From an uncultured Verrucomicrobiae bacterium (GTDB lineage: Bacteria > Verrucomicrobiota > Verrucomicrobiia > Chthoniobacterales > Chthoniobacteraceae), in the NCBI GenBank assembly GCA_963828525.1, contig CAWHEP010000010.1, positions 256,001-320,000 on the forward strand: a stretch of 64,000 bases of DNA, given 5' to 3'. Below, piece by piece: positions 40,356 through 49,981 of this stretch (positions within the stretch are counted from its first letter, which is position 1; the number at the start of each line of letters is the position of its first letter). The translations under genes were made by a program, and so were the position numbers. A model generated the notes under the pieces. The model did not search any database and was not told where the DNA came from. It saw only the letters and a program-made list of their open reading frames with translations.

Positions 40356-40780
40356 TCAGGACGGCGCCAGGGCTTCCCTGAGGAGGTAGTAAATGAAGAG
40401 GGCATTATAAAGGAGATAGCGCTTCCAGAGACGGCGTGGCTCTGTGGCGAATCTGAATGCCCATTCGAGGCCAGCGCTTTGCATCCAAAGGGGGGCTTGG
40501 CGGACGCGGCCAGCGTGGAAGGCGAACGCGGCTCCAACGGCGCAGTAAACGGCTGGAGGCAGACGCGTCTTGAGCCGGGCAAGCCAGAGTTCCTGTTTAG
40601 GGCAGCCAAGGCCTACCCAGATAAACCGGGCTCCCGAGGCCTTTATGCGATCCAGAATTCGCTGGTCTTCGGTGGCGTCCCAGTTGCCGAAAGGCGGGGA
40701 ATAAGAACCGGCGACGGACATGTTTGGGAAGGAGGCGGCCAGCCTGGCCAGCAAGGCCGCGAGGAGTTCTTCGGAGCCGC
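40356..40780 (-). pseudogene. 5'-truncated copy of WecB/TagA/CpsF glycosyltransferase
   Basis: Collinear with 42570..42994 with substitutions; homology ends abruptly at 40780. Confidence 0.85.
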
Positions 40781-40965
40781 AGGACGGTGGATTCCGACGA
40801 CAGCGGTGGATCAATACGCTGCAACACTCGCCACGTGGTTTGGAGTGTCCGCGTCCGATCTTGGAACGGTCTTCCCCAACCTGGGGCGTTTCAGCAGCCC
40901 AAACCTTGGCTTCGTTTGAACGATAGACGGCTTCCCCGCATAGCGGTGAGCGCGGTAGTCGCCGC
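40780..40965 (+). repeat. Exact 186 bp copy of 36580..36765 (DUF1501 3' end and start of GspG-like gene)
   Basis: Base-by-base identity at an offset of exactly 4200 bp, followed by divergence. Confidence 0.95.
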
Positions 40966-41542
40966 CGGTGTCGTAGGGATATTCTGGTTCACACGGCACG
41001 CGCCGATCTCCACGAGGAATGCGGTCGAGCCTGCTTCTAGCATCGCGGCGTCACCCGTTCCAATCGCTTTGCCGTCTCCGGCGGCTGAGGGGAAACAGCC
41101 ACTGGGAGGGGCGACCGACGCTGGGCCTCAACCGATCGGAGCGGGCGGCCCTGCTGGGAGTGGAGCCCCGCCGCCGACCGCCAGCCCTTCGTCCACCGCC
41201 GTGGCGCCTGCAGAGAGCGGGGATTCCGCAGTTCCCGCTCCGCTGGCCCCAGCGATCGCGCTAGAGGCGTTGCATACTTCGATCCAGAAATATGGACTGA
41301 CCTTCGGGGGAAACCCGGTTGGAACAAACGCGGAAATCACGCGCGCTCTAAACGGGGATAACCCAACGCATGCGAGGTTCTTGAGCGATGGCGACGGTCA
41401 TCGTGTCAATGGCGCTGGAGAACTCGTTGACGAGTGGGGCACGCCCTACTTTTTTCACCAACTTTCCGCGACGCAGATGGAGGTTCACAGCGCGGGGCCT
41501 GACCGGCGGATGTGGACCCGGGATGATCTCGTTATTAAGTAG
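40916..41542 (+). CDS. GspG-like membrane-anchored protein, copy B
   Basis: Paralogue of 36716..37333; near-identical N- and C-termini, divergent linker. Confidence 0.7.
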   Translation: MNDRRLPRIAVSAVVAAGVVGIFWFTRHAPISTRNAVEPASSIAASPVPIALPSPAAEGKQPLGGATDAGPQPIGAGGPAGSGAPPPTASPSSTAVAPAESGDSAVPAPLAPAIALEALHTSIQKYGLTFGGNPVGTNAEITRALNGDNPTHARFLSDGDGHRVNGAGELVDEWGTPYFFHQLSATQMEVHSAGPDRRMWTRDDLVIK

Positions 41543-41580
41543 CAAGGCTGGGCGACACCGATGGTATGCTGCCCCCTTAC

Positions 41581-42543
41581 ATGAGAAGCCCGATTGCTTT
41601 CCTCACCGCCCTTTTACTGCTGACAGCAGCGTTCGGCGACGAACTTCATTCGACCGACCGGTCCCGAGCGGTCTCCAAGCAAAGCGGATTTACCATGAAA
41701 GGATGGTTTGTCTGGTGCGGTTCCGTAATCAAGGTTGGCAACGAATATGACATGTTCGCGTCCCGCTGGCCGGAGGAGACAAAGTTCCCGGAGGGCTATC
41801 GCGCGCATTCGGAGATTGTCCGCGCGGTCGCGTCTCGGCCGGAGGGTCCCTATGTTTTTAAAGACGTGATCATTGGAAGGCGCGCGGCAGGGAAGTGGGA
41901 CAGTGCCATGGCGCATAACCCTGCGATCTACAAAACGGGCGATACGTTCGTTCTCTACTATATAGGTTCTGATGTTGGCTCGCGCTACCGCCAGATTGGC
42001 ATTGCCACAGCAAAGGCAATCAGCGGTCCGTGGACTCGGTCCGACAAGCCCCTCAACCTTGGCATTTCTTCCGACGCGAACAATCCGGCCGCGTGTTTTG
42101 AAGCAGATGGCAGCGTGAAGCTCATTTGGCGCACGGCCAACTTGCGCGTTTGTATCTCCACCGCGCCCTCATTCGCGGGACCTTACACGCTGGCGAACAG
42201 CAACGTTTGGCCCGGCGCCAAGCTCGAAGATTTTTCCTATTTCAAAACGGCAAGCGGATATCACGTCATTTGCGAGGACAACGCCAGCCAGGTCACGGGC
42301 CATGATCGTTGGGGCGCGCATCTGTTTTCCCCCGATGGATTGAACGGGTGGAAGCCATGGCGCGCGCCGATCGCGTACGACCACAGCATCCATTGGATCG
42401 AGGGCGGAGATCTTGTTGCGACTCGCCGCGAACGTCCCTGGGTTTTAATCGAGGATGGCAAGCCCACCTATCTGTTCACCGCGGTGTTTGACGGTCAGCG
42501 GGCGTGGAACCAACCGGTTCCCCTTGTTCCACCATTGGAGTGA
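41581..42543 (+). CDS. Secreted five-bladed beta-propeller glycoside hydrolase (GH43-like)
   Basis: Signal peptide; WCGSVI, MFASRW, AHNPAI, NNPA, LEDF, RRERP. Confidence 0.8.
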   Translation: MRSPIAFLTALLLLTAAFGDELHSTDRSRAVSKQSGFTMKGWFVWCGSVIKVGNEYDMFASRWPEETKFPEGYRAHSEIVRAVASRPEGPYVFKDVIIGRRAAGKWDSAMAHNPAIYKTGDTFVLYYIGSDVGSRYRQIGIATAKAISGPWTRSDKPLNLGISSDANNPAACFEADGSVKLIWRTANLRVCISTAPSFAGPYTLANSNVWPGAKLEDFSYFKTASGYHVICEDNASQVTGHDRWGAHLFSPDGLNGWKPWRAPIAYDHSIHWIEGGDLVATRRERPWVLIEDGKPTYLFTAVFDGQRAWNQPVPLVPPLE

Positions 42544-42569
42544 ATCCGGTCCGGGGTCGCCGAGGGAAC

Positions 42570-43343
42570 TCAGGACGCGGTTAGGGCTTCCTTGAGCAGA
42601 TAGTAGATGAAGAGGCTGTTGTATAGCAGGTAGCGCTTCCAGAGACGGCGTGGCTCGGTGGCGAGTCTGAAGGACCATTCAAGGCCGGCGCTTTGCATCC
42701 AAAGCGGGGCCTGGCGGACGCGGCCCGCGTGGAAAGCGAAGGCGGCTCCGACAGCGCAGTAGACGGCGGGGGGCAGGCGCGTCTTAAGCCGGGCGAGCCA
42801 GAGTTCCTGTTTGGGGCAGCCGAGGCCTACCCACACGTACCGCGCGCCTGAGGCCTGTATGCGATCCAATATGCGCTGGTCTTCGGTAGCGTCCCAGTTG
42901 CCGAAAGGCGGAGAATAAGATCCGGCGACGGACATATTTGGGAAGGAGGTTGCCAGCCTGGCCAGCAGGGCTGCAAGGAGTTCTTCGGAGCCGCCAAGGA
43001 AGTAGTGCGAGAAGGCGCCTGGCGTCTGGGCGAGGCACCTCAGCATGAATGTAGGGCCGTAAACGCGATCTTTAAGGGGTGTCTTGGAATGTCTGTTGAT
43101 GTACCAGACGAGAGGCATGCCGTCGGGCAGGAGGAGATCGAATGCCGAGATCGCATTTTTGAAGGATGGTTCAGAACGGGCGAGGCTGATCAGGTGTGTG
43201 TTTGCGGCGGCAATCGCGTAGGGACGGTCGCCCAGCGCGGCCCAATGCGCTGCTGTGGATATGGCCTCGTCGTAGGTTGTAACCGCTACGTTGGAACCAA
43301 GGATCGGGCAGACTGGCAGAGACACTTGTGGGTGCGTATTCAA
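42570..43343 (-). CDS. WecB/TagA/CpsF family glycosyltransferase (start approximate)
   Basis: LPDGMPLVW, RVYGP, WVGLGCPKQE, VGAAF, GLEW.FRL..EPRRLWKRY. Confidence 0.9.
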   Translation of the reverse strand: MNTHPQVSLPVCPILGSNVAVTTYDEAISTAAHWAALGDRPYAIAAANTHLISLARSEPSFKNAISAFDLLLPDGMPLVWYINRHSKTPLKDRVYGPTFMLRCLAQTPGAFSHYFLGGSEELLAALLARLATSFPNMSVAGSYSPPFGNWDATEDQRILDRIQASGARYVWVGLGCPKQELWLARLKTRLPPAVYCAVGAAFAFHAGRVRQAPLWMQSAGLEWSFRLATEPRRLWKRYLLYNSLFIYYLLKEALTAS

Positions 43344-43387
43344 GGGAAGATGGCCAATGACGCTCCGGTTGTGACCAACCGATTCTG

Positions 43388-43789
43388 TCAGGTGAGGTCG
43401 AAGGCCGCTGATTCTTTGAGGCGCAGAGGCTTGCCCTCGGGCATCTGGATGAGAGCGAGCATCTGGCGGGACTCGGCGATAAGAACGCCATCGGCAGGGC
43501 GGGTGATCTTGAAAGCGCACCAGAACCTTGAGCGCTCGACTTTGTCGAGATGCCCCGACACAAGGAGCTTGTCACCAAGGCGGGCCGGGCGGCGGTAGTC
43601 AATCTCGGTGCGAACAACGACCGGGTAACGCTGAGAGCTGGCCATGTCGGCAAGGCGCATGCCCATCTGCTCGGCGAGGAGGGTGCGAGCGATCTCGATG
43701 AAACGGAGGTAGGCAATGTTGTGGACGACGCCACCGCAATCGGTGTCGAAAAACATCACCTGGACTTCAGTATCGATCTTATGCTCCAT
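43388..43789 (-). CDS. YbgC/FadM-family acyl-CoA thioesterase
   Basis: DTDCGGVVHNIAYLRFIE.AR, EIDYRRPARLGD hot-dog motifs. Confidence 0.85.
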   Translation of the reverse strand: MEHKIDTEVQVMFFDTDCGGVVHNIAYLRFIEIARTLLAEQMGMRLADMASSQRYPVVVRTEIDYRRPARLGDKLLVSGHLDKVERSRFWCAFKITRPADGVLIAESRQMLALIQMPEGKPLRLKESAAFDLT

Positions 43790-43797
43790 CGGGTCGG

Positions 43798-44577
43798 CTA
43801 TTTCAGGGAGTCGAACACCTGCCGAACCTGCGCCGGAGAGAGGTGGATGATGTCGGCGGATTGTTCCGGGGAGGGCTGCCAGGAGGATGGCGGCAGCGCG
43901 GGAGGAAAATCGAGTTTTTGGAACGCGAGAGTCACCCGCCATGCGCCGCTGACGACCTGAAGCCGGGCTGGTTTGTAATCCGGCTTCACCCACACGCGGG
44001 CTGTGAGAGCAGAGAGCTTCCACGCGGAAGCGAGTTGAGGCATCAAGCTTATATCGAGAACGCGGCAGGCTTCGCCGCCCGCGTTTCCCGTCCCGGCGTC
44101 CTGAACGTCGAAAAGGGCGGGGAGGAAGACGAGCTGCTTCTCCGGGATGGGCAAAGCGAAGCTGTCGAATGACGAGACGGAGCTGGCAGACCCGTTTGCC
44201 GGGCCGAGGATCGCGCGGATATCGGAACCAGGGGAGGCCCAGAGATCCTGGCCGGAACGGCAGACCGTTACGCGACGCCCTAAGACGGTACCGGTGAGGT
44301 AGAGTTTGTCAGGCGCCTGAAGGGCGAGGTGGAGAGGCACGCCCGAGGTGGCTCCGCCCGGCAGACCTGAAGCTTCAACCACTAGAACATCGGCGACCAA
44401 TGCGCGGGCGGGTTCGTGAGGGCGAGCCACAAGGACTCTTTCGAAAGGGGTGAGCAACTTTGAGAGCACATCGTAGCGATTTTCAGCGGCAGAAGCTGGG
44501 TAGCAAATGAGCGCCAGCGACACCCAACTGGCGCAGAGTCGCAGAGGCGCGGAGAGACGAGGAGGTATTGTCAGCAC
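43798..44577 (-). CDS. Exported hypothetical protein (possibly LolA/DUF2092-like beta fold)
   Basis: Signal peptide; LALQAPDKLYL..; beta-rich pattern; fold assignment is tentative. Confidence 0.5.
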   Translation of the reverse strand: MLTIPPRLSAPLRLCASWVSLALICYPASAAENRYDVLSKLLTPFERVLVARPHEPARALVADVLVVEASGLPGGATSGVPLHLALQAPDKLYLTGTVLGRRVTVCRSGQDLWASPGSDIRAILGPANGSASSVSSFDSFALPIPEKQLVFLPALFDVQDAGTGNAGGEACRVLDISLMPQLASAWKLSALTARVWVKPDYKPARLQVVSGAWRVTLAFQKLDFPPALPPSSWQPSPEQSADIIHLSPAQVRQVFDSLK

Positions 44578-44690
44578 GGATGACCCGGATCGCAGGGGCG
44601 AGAGCCGAACGCGGGATTGCGTTTGGGAAGGATGCTACTATTACTAAGAGGCTTCACGTTACGTGGCTGTAACGAAACACCAATATCCGC

Positions 44691-45458
44691 ATGGCGTCAC
44701 TGAGTTTTCCCATAGTCCTTGCCGCTGGCGGAGGTCTGGTATTCGCGTTTGAGGAGTCCACTGTCGCCGGGAAAATGGTGTTAATGGCATTGTTCATCGC
44801 TTCTGTATTTAGCTGGTCAGTAATGTACACAAAGATACGCGTGATCCAGACGGCGAAACGGCAGGCGAGGGATTTCCTCGAGCGGTTCCGGACGGACCGG
44901 CAACCTTTACGGCTGTATGAGAGCATGCTGGCATTTCCGGGGACGCCGATGTTCACGGTGTATCGAGCGGGATGCCGTGAGCTGACGTTCCATCTGCTAG
45001 GGTCTTCCGAGGTGGACGAGACGTTCCGGGCGCGCCTGGAAGACGCTCCAAAGATAGCCCCCGCGCAAATGCGGGCGGTCACCTCCGCGATGGAGCGGGC
45101 GGTGGGCGAGAGCGCGCTGAAACTGGAATCGCAGATGATCCTGCTGGCCACAGCGGTGAGCGGAGCTCCGTTCCTGGGGTTGCTCGGCACGGTGTGGGGA
45201 GTGATGGACACATTTGGAGAGGTGGCGAGCGCGGGAACGGCGAGCCTGGCGGTAATGGCTCCGGGCGTGTCGGCGTCTCTCATCACAACGGTAACGGGGT
45301 TGCTCGTCGCGATTCCCGCCATGTTTGGATACAACTTTCTGGTGACGAGCATTCGGGCCATCATCCTGGAGATGGATAACTTCGCGGCGGAAGTGGCGTC
45401 GGAGTTCGAGCACCGCTATGTGGACCATGGCGCGCGGCCTTCGCTCACCCGGCGGTGA
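44691..45458 (+). CDS. tolQ: TolQ (MotA/TolQ/ExbB proton channel)
   Basis: LATAVSGAPFLGLLGTVWGVM..APGVS.SLITT..GL.VAIPA; first gene of tol-pal run. Confidence 0.9.
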   Translation: MASLSFPIVLAAGGGLVFAFEESTVAGKMVLMALFIASVFSWSVMYTKIRVIQTAKRQARDFLERFRTDRQPLRLYESMLAFPGTPMFTVYRAGCRELTFHLLGSSEVDETFRARLEDAPKIAPAQMRAVTSAMERAVGESALKLESQMILLATAVSGAPFLGLLGTVWGVMDTFGEVASAGTASLAVMAPGVSASLITTVTGLLVAIPAMFGYNFLVTSIRAIILEMDNFAAEVASEFEHRYVDHGARPSLTRR

Positions 45459-45462
45459 GAGC

Positions 45463-45876
45463 ATGAAACGCTATTCACAGAGACACGCGTTTTCGACGTT
45501 GTCCGAGATCAACATCACGCCTCTGCTCGACCTGGCATTCGTGCTGCTGATCATATTCATCATCACAACGCCATTGATGGATAAGAGCACGGACCTGATC
45601 ATCCCCAGCAGCAACGGGGCGAAGAACGCGGTGGATCCTTCGGCGGTGCAAACGGTGTCGTTAAACCGGATGGCGGAGATCAAGCTGAATGGGGACGCGG
45701 TAAGCATGGAGCAACTGGAGGCGAGGCTCGGGTCGCTGGAGGCGGCAAATCATCAGATCGCTGTTGTGATCCGGTCCCACAAGGAGCTTGCGGTGCAAAA
45801 ACTTGTGGATGTGATGGACGCGCTGAGGCGGGCGAGGATCACGCGGGTGGGAGTGGTAACCAACCCTGGGGAGTGA
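45463..45876 (+). CDS. tolR: TolR (ExbD/TolR)
   Basis: SEINITPLLDLAFVLLIIFIITTP. Confidence 0.9.
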   Translation: MKRYSQRHAFSTLSEINITPLLDLAFVLLIIFIITTPLMDKSTDLIIPSSNGAKNAVDPSAVQTVSLNRMAEIKLNGDAVSMEQLEARLGSLEAANHQIAVVIRSHKELAVQKLVDVMDALRRARITRVGVVTNPGE

Positions 45877-45901
45877 GCGGAAGGCCGCCGGCTTGCCCTA
45901 G

Positions 45902-46171
45902 GAGACTGTTGAAGAACTGCGACATGCCGCGCAAGAGCAATTTTGGGCGTATGCCAAGGCGCGAGTGGCGCGCGTACCCGCTGCGGTCTGCAAGAAGCGA
46001 GCAACGCTGCAAGACGCCCCAAATTGCTCTCGCGCTTCGGGTTGCGCCGCTTTTTGAATTGTGCGGCGTTGCTCGTCACTCACAGATCACAGCGGATATG
46101 CTCGCTCCTCGCGCCTTGCCCAACTCAAAAATCGGCAGCAACGCGACATGCCCCAGTTCTTCAACAGTCTC
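45902..46171. mobile_element. 270 bp MITE with 18 bp perfect TIRs and CTAG target-site duplication
   Basis: CTAG|GAGACTGTTGAAGAACTG ... CAGTTCTTCAACAGTCTC|CTAG; no transposase; internal inverted repeats. Confidence 0.85.
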
Positions 46172-46178
46172 CTAGCGA

Positions 46179-47084
46179 ATGGATCGAACCTTCCGGCGCA
46201 ATGTCATTCTTGTAGGGATGGCGCATGTGGCAGCGATCGCGGCGATCTATTTTTGGCAGCGATGGAATCCGCAGTCGTTAAAGGAAGAAATAACCTGGCT
46301 CGATGGCGAAGCCGCCCCGGAAAGCGGGGGGCAGAAGACGCCGGAGGAGCCGACGGACGAAGTAACGCCGACGCCGATGCCGACGCCAGAAGCTGGGGCT
46401 CGAGACTCGCCGGCGCCTAGCGAAATCGTGTTGCCCGGGGCTCGGATGTCCCCCACGGAAACGCCGGCGCCGAGTCCCACTCCGACCGCGACCCCAAGAC
46501 AGACACCCACGCCCAAACCCAAGCCGAGTCCGAAGCCGACTCCCAAAGCAACACCGAAGCCAAAACCCAAAGCGACGCCGAAGCCGCATGCATCACCGAA
46601 ACCGAAGAAGGTGACGCCCAAGGCATCTCCGCGCCCCTCGGCGGCGAGCAGCGACGATGAAGACGGGGGGGATAGCGAGAGCGCGTCCACGCCCTCAAAA
46701 ACAACGGGCAAGAAAGTGAAGGGCGCGAACGGAGCGGGGACTGGAAGCGCAAAGACGCCGGGGGGACATGCCGGCGGGGGTAAATCGAATTCGGAATATG
46801 GGTGGTACTACGCGATGATTCATGATCGGTTCTACAGTAGATGGGAGCAGCCGACATCCATTGTGACATCGAACCAGAATTTCGTGTCGCTGGTGCGGAT
46901 TCGCATCGAAAAAGACGGGCGGATCTCCAATGTAGCCCTCGCCAAATCGTCAGGGAACGTGGTAATGGATGAATCCGTGATGGCTGCCGCGAAGCAGGTC
47001 ACGCAGATCGATCCGCTGCCCGAGGGATTGGGAGAAGGATCGTACGAGATCAACATCAACTTCGAATTGAATCAGAGCCAATGA
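46179..47084 (+). CDS. tolA: TolA/TonB-family energy transducer
   Basis: N-terminal TM with His, PT/PK-rich stalk, C-terminal RIEKDGRI..KSSGN..MDESV domain; between tolR and tolB. Confidence 0.8.
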   Translation: MDRTFRRNVILVGMAHVAAIAAIYFWQRWNPQSLKEEITWLDGEAAPESGGQKTPEEPTDEVTPTPMPTPEAGARDSPAPSEIVLPGARMSPTETPAPSPTPTATPRQTPTPKPKPSPKPTPKATPKPKPKATPKPHASPKPKKVTPKASPRPSAASSDDEDGGDSESASTPSKTTGKKVKGANGAGTGSAKTPGGHAGGGKSNSEYGWYYAMIHDRFYSRWEQPTSIVTSNQNFVSLVRIRIEKDGRISNVALAKSSGNVVMDESVMAAAKQVTQIDPLPEGLGEGSYEININFELNQSQ

Positions 47085-48262
47085 AAACCGCGCTTCTTCC
47101 CCGGATACGTCGAGCATCCCTTTTAGCCACCCTGGCGGCGACCGCGCTCTCATCGATAAAGGCTGCGGAGCCGCCGACGATCACCGTATCCAAGAGTGAT
47201 ACAATCGCGCTGGCGGTGCAGCCGCTTGGGGGTGGAGAGGGAGCGGCGGCGACCCGCATCCTCCAAAATGATCTGGCGCTGAGCGGATACTTTTCGCTGA
47301 CGCAAGCGAATAGCGCGGCATTCATCGCGAGTGGCGCGCTCTCAGGAGGCGCGCTGGATGGGAAGGTGACGGATCATTCGGGGAAAACAGCGGTGGCGAA
47401 GTCTTATGAGGGATCAGGAAGGGCGCGGGTGCATGCGTTCGCCGATGACATCATCGAGACATTGACTGGCAACCGCGGTTTCGCAGGCGGGAAGATCGCG
47501 TTCGTGGGAACGGCGTCCGGGCGGAAGGAGATATTTTTGGCGGACTCGGATGGCTCGGGGCGTCAGCAACTCACGCACGACAACGGCATCAGCGTCGGCC
47601 CCAGGATCAGCCCGGACGGGCGGGAGCTGGTTTATACCGGGTATCAGAGCGGATACGCGGATGTGTACAAGATCGATCTGGGCAGCGGATCGAGGCAGCG
47701 GATATTGAAGTACCCTGGGACGAACACCGGAGCTGTGTTCTCACCGGACGGACGCCGGCTTGCGGTGACGCTTAGCAAGGATGGGACGACAGAGATCTAC
47801 GTGACGGGCGCGGATGGAGGCGGAGCGCACCGGTTGACGCATTCTCCGGGGGTGAAGTCGTGTCCCACGTGGTCGCCTGATGGGGACGAGATCATCTACT
47901 CAGCGCAGGAAGGCGGGTCGCCGCATCTGTTCCGCATATCGTCTTCTGGTGGGTCTGGACGGGAGGTGCCCGCCGGGCATGCGTATTGCACGGAGCCGAA
48001 CTGGTCGCCGGACGGGAAGAAAGTGGCATTCAATGTGAGGGAAGGCGGAGTGTTCCAAGTGGCAGTGCTGGACTTGGGGAGCGGGTCGTCGAGGATTGTG
48101 ACATCCGGGGGCGACGCGGAAGGGCCGTCCTGGGGAGCGGATTCCCGGCACCTGGTGTTCGCGCAAGGCGGCGCTGTCTGCATGGAAGATACACAGACAG
48201 GGAAGAAGACCAGACTGGTGGAAGGATTGGGAAGAATATCGGAGCCTTCGTGGTCTCGGTAG
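47081..48262 (+). CDS. tolB: TolB beta-propeller
   Basis: ILQNDLALSG, VHAFADDIIETLTG, PD40 repeats (P.WSPDG). Confidence 0.9.
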   Translation: MKTALLPRIRRASLLATLAATALSSIKAAEPPTITVSKSDTIALAVQPLGGGEGAAATRILQNDLALSGYFSLTQANSAAFIASGALSGGALDGKVTDHSGKTAVAKSYEGSGRARVHAFADDIIETLTGNRGFAGGKIAFVGTASGRKEIFLADSDGSGRQQLTHDNGISVGPRISPDGRELVYTGYQSGYADVYKIDLGSGSRQRILKYPGTNTGAVFSPDGRRLAVTLSKDGTTEIYVTGADGGGAHRLTHSPGVKSCPTWSPDGDEIIYSAQEGGSPHLFRISSSGGSGREVPAGHAYCTEPNWSPDGKKVAFNVREGGVFQVAVLDLGSGSSRIVTSGGDAEGPSWGADSRHLVFAQGGAVCMEDTQTGKKTRLVEGLGRISEPSWSR

Positions 48263-48322
48263 GAATGGTGAAAATCCCGCGCGGGTAGAAATGCATTGAT
48301 GGGAAGGGCGGAAAGTTGAATC

Positions 48323-48838
48323 ATGAAGACCAATATGAACGCGCGAATGTACTCTGCTGGACTGGCCCTTGTGATTGCTTTTTCGATGGGGGCGTGCGCG
48401 GACAAGAAGGGTAAGAGCTATGTGGGAACGGATCGGGATTCGATCAATGGCACGGCGTTGCCAGATCGACAGGATGGGGTTTCCTTCATGAGCAGCAACG
48501 TGGACAAGAACAAGTTTCCGCCCGTGCATTTCGCGTTCGACAGCTTTGCGGTGGATGGATCGGCGGAAGGGGAACTGGGAGAGATCGCGGAGTTCATGAA
48601 GGGCGGATCGAACACGATCATCATCGCGGGGTTTACGGATGAACGCGGGACACCGGAATACAACCGGGGGCTTGGGGAGCGGCGGGCATTGGCGGTGCGG
48701 GAGTACCTGATCTCGCATGGAGCCGATGGCGGAAAGCTGCAGACGGTAAGTTTCGGGGCGGAAATGCCAGCTGACACCGGCTCTGGAGAGTCGGCTTGGG
48801 CGAAGAATCGCCGCGCGGAGTTTGGTGTAGTCCGGTAG
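48323..48838 (+). CDS. pal: Peptidoglycan-associated lipoprotein (OmpA-like)
   Basis: Lipobox MGAC; VHFAFDS, GFTDERGTPEYNRGLGERRA, KNRRAEF. Confidence 0.92.
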   Translation: MKTNMNARMYSAGLALVIAFSMGACADKKGKSYVGTDRDSINGTALPDRQDGVSFMSSNVDKNKFPPVHFAFDSFAVDGSAEGELGEIAEFMKGGSNTIIIAGFTDERGTPEYNRGLGERRALAVREYLISHGADGGKLQTVSFGAEMPADTGSGESAWAKNRRAEFGVVR

Positions 48839-48841
48839 GGA

Positions 48842-49861
48842 TTACGCGCAGGATTTTAAAGCGGGGGTTGGAGGGTCCGGCCAGACGGGCGAATCGTGGT
48901 CGAGGAAGGATTCGCAGATATTGAAGAATCCGGATTTCGATGTCGCGCGGCGGATGGCGTGGAGGAACCGACCCTCGGGATCCAGATCGAAGAAGGTCAT
49001 GAATTTCTTCATGTGTTGCACTTGCGCGTTCTCGGAAAGGGTTGGAAGGGAGACTGCCTCGTAGAGAATCCGGACGTAATGGAGGAGATCGCGACCGGAC
49101 GGGTTGGGGCCAGGGGTATTGCCGCTATGGGCACGGATTTGATCGAACAGCCATGGATTGCGTATGGCGCCGCGTCCGATCATGAGCCCGGCGGCCTTTG
49201 TTTCATTGAGCACGTCTGCTGCTTTCCGGGCGGATTGGATGTCGCCGTTTGCGAGAACCGGGCAGGGAAGAAGAGCGGCGGCGCGGGCGATTAAATCATA
49301 GTAAACCGGCCGTCTATACATCTGGGAGACTGTCCTGCCGTGGACTGTGAGAAGATCAATAGAGTGGCGCGAGAAGATGGCGAGTAGATTGTCGAAAGAG
49401 GCGGTGTCATCGAAGCCGAGGCGCGTCTTCACGGTGAAGGGGATTGAAATGGCCTGGCGCAAAGCCCCGAGAATAGCATCGACGCGAGCGGGTTCACGCA
49501 GGAGGCCGCCGCCCGCGCATTTGCGATACACGACCGGGGCGGGACAGCCGAGATTGAGATCGATGGCGATAACGGGATGCTTTTGCAGCTCAAGGGCTGT
49601 CCGGACGAGGGCAGGAATGTCGTTCCCGATCATCTGCGCGATGACCGGCCGGCCGGTTGGATTTTCGACGATGGATCGCAGGATCGGCTTGTCGAGCCGT
49701 GAGTCGCCGTGGACGCGGAAGTACTCGGTATAATAAAGATCAGCTCCACCGTAAGCGGAGATAACCCGCCAGAAATGGAGATCGGTGACATCCTGCATCG
49801 GCGCGAGAGCGAGGATGGGCTTCCCGGAGGTAATGAAGTCGTTGAAGGCGGAGCGTTCCAA
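48842..49861 (-). CDS. dus: tRNA-dihydrouridine synthase
   Basis: LAPM, IDLNLGCP, VKTRLG, LTVHGRT, ANGDI, MIGRG. Confidence 0.92.
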   Translation of the reverse strand: MERSAFNDFITSGKPILALAPMQDVTDLHFWRVISAYGGADLYYTEYFRVHGDSRLDKPILRSIVENPTGRPVIAQMIGNDIPALVRTALELQKHPVIAIDLNLGCPAPVVYRKCAGGGLLREPARVDAILGALRQAISIPFTVKTRLGFDDTASFDNLLAIFSRHSIDLLTVHGRTVSQMYRRPVYYDLIARAAALLPCPVLANGDIQSARKAADVLNETKAAGLMIGRGAIRNPWLFDQIRAHSGNTPGPNPSGRDLLHYVRILYEAVSLPTLSENAQVQHMKKFMTFFDLDPEGRFLHAIRRATSKSGFFNICESFLDHDSPVWPDPPTPALKSCA

Positions 49862-49981
49862 GGTGACGCGAAAGGTTAGCCGCTCATGATGGCATGTTCA
49901 TGCTGATTTTGATGAGGCAGAGGGCTTATGGTCACAGGAAATCTCGTTTGAAGAGGCAGCGGAGAAGGCTTAACTGAAGGG

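Noticed and set aside
40185..40919. 244 aa ORF ending in the DUF1501 C-terminus
   Set aside because: By-product of the duplication junction: antisense of the wecB fragment happens to be in frame with the last ~46 DUF1501 codons; no evidence it is a real gene
36716..41542. Type II secretion system locus
   Set aside because: Only GspG-like heads without a prepilin motif; no ATPase, GspF platform or secretin barrel gene in the window
45873..46215. Short ORFs between tolR and tolA
   Set aside because: They lie within the MITE and show no protein-like or transposase motifs
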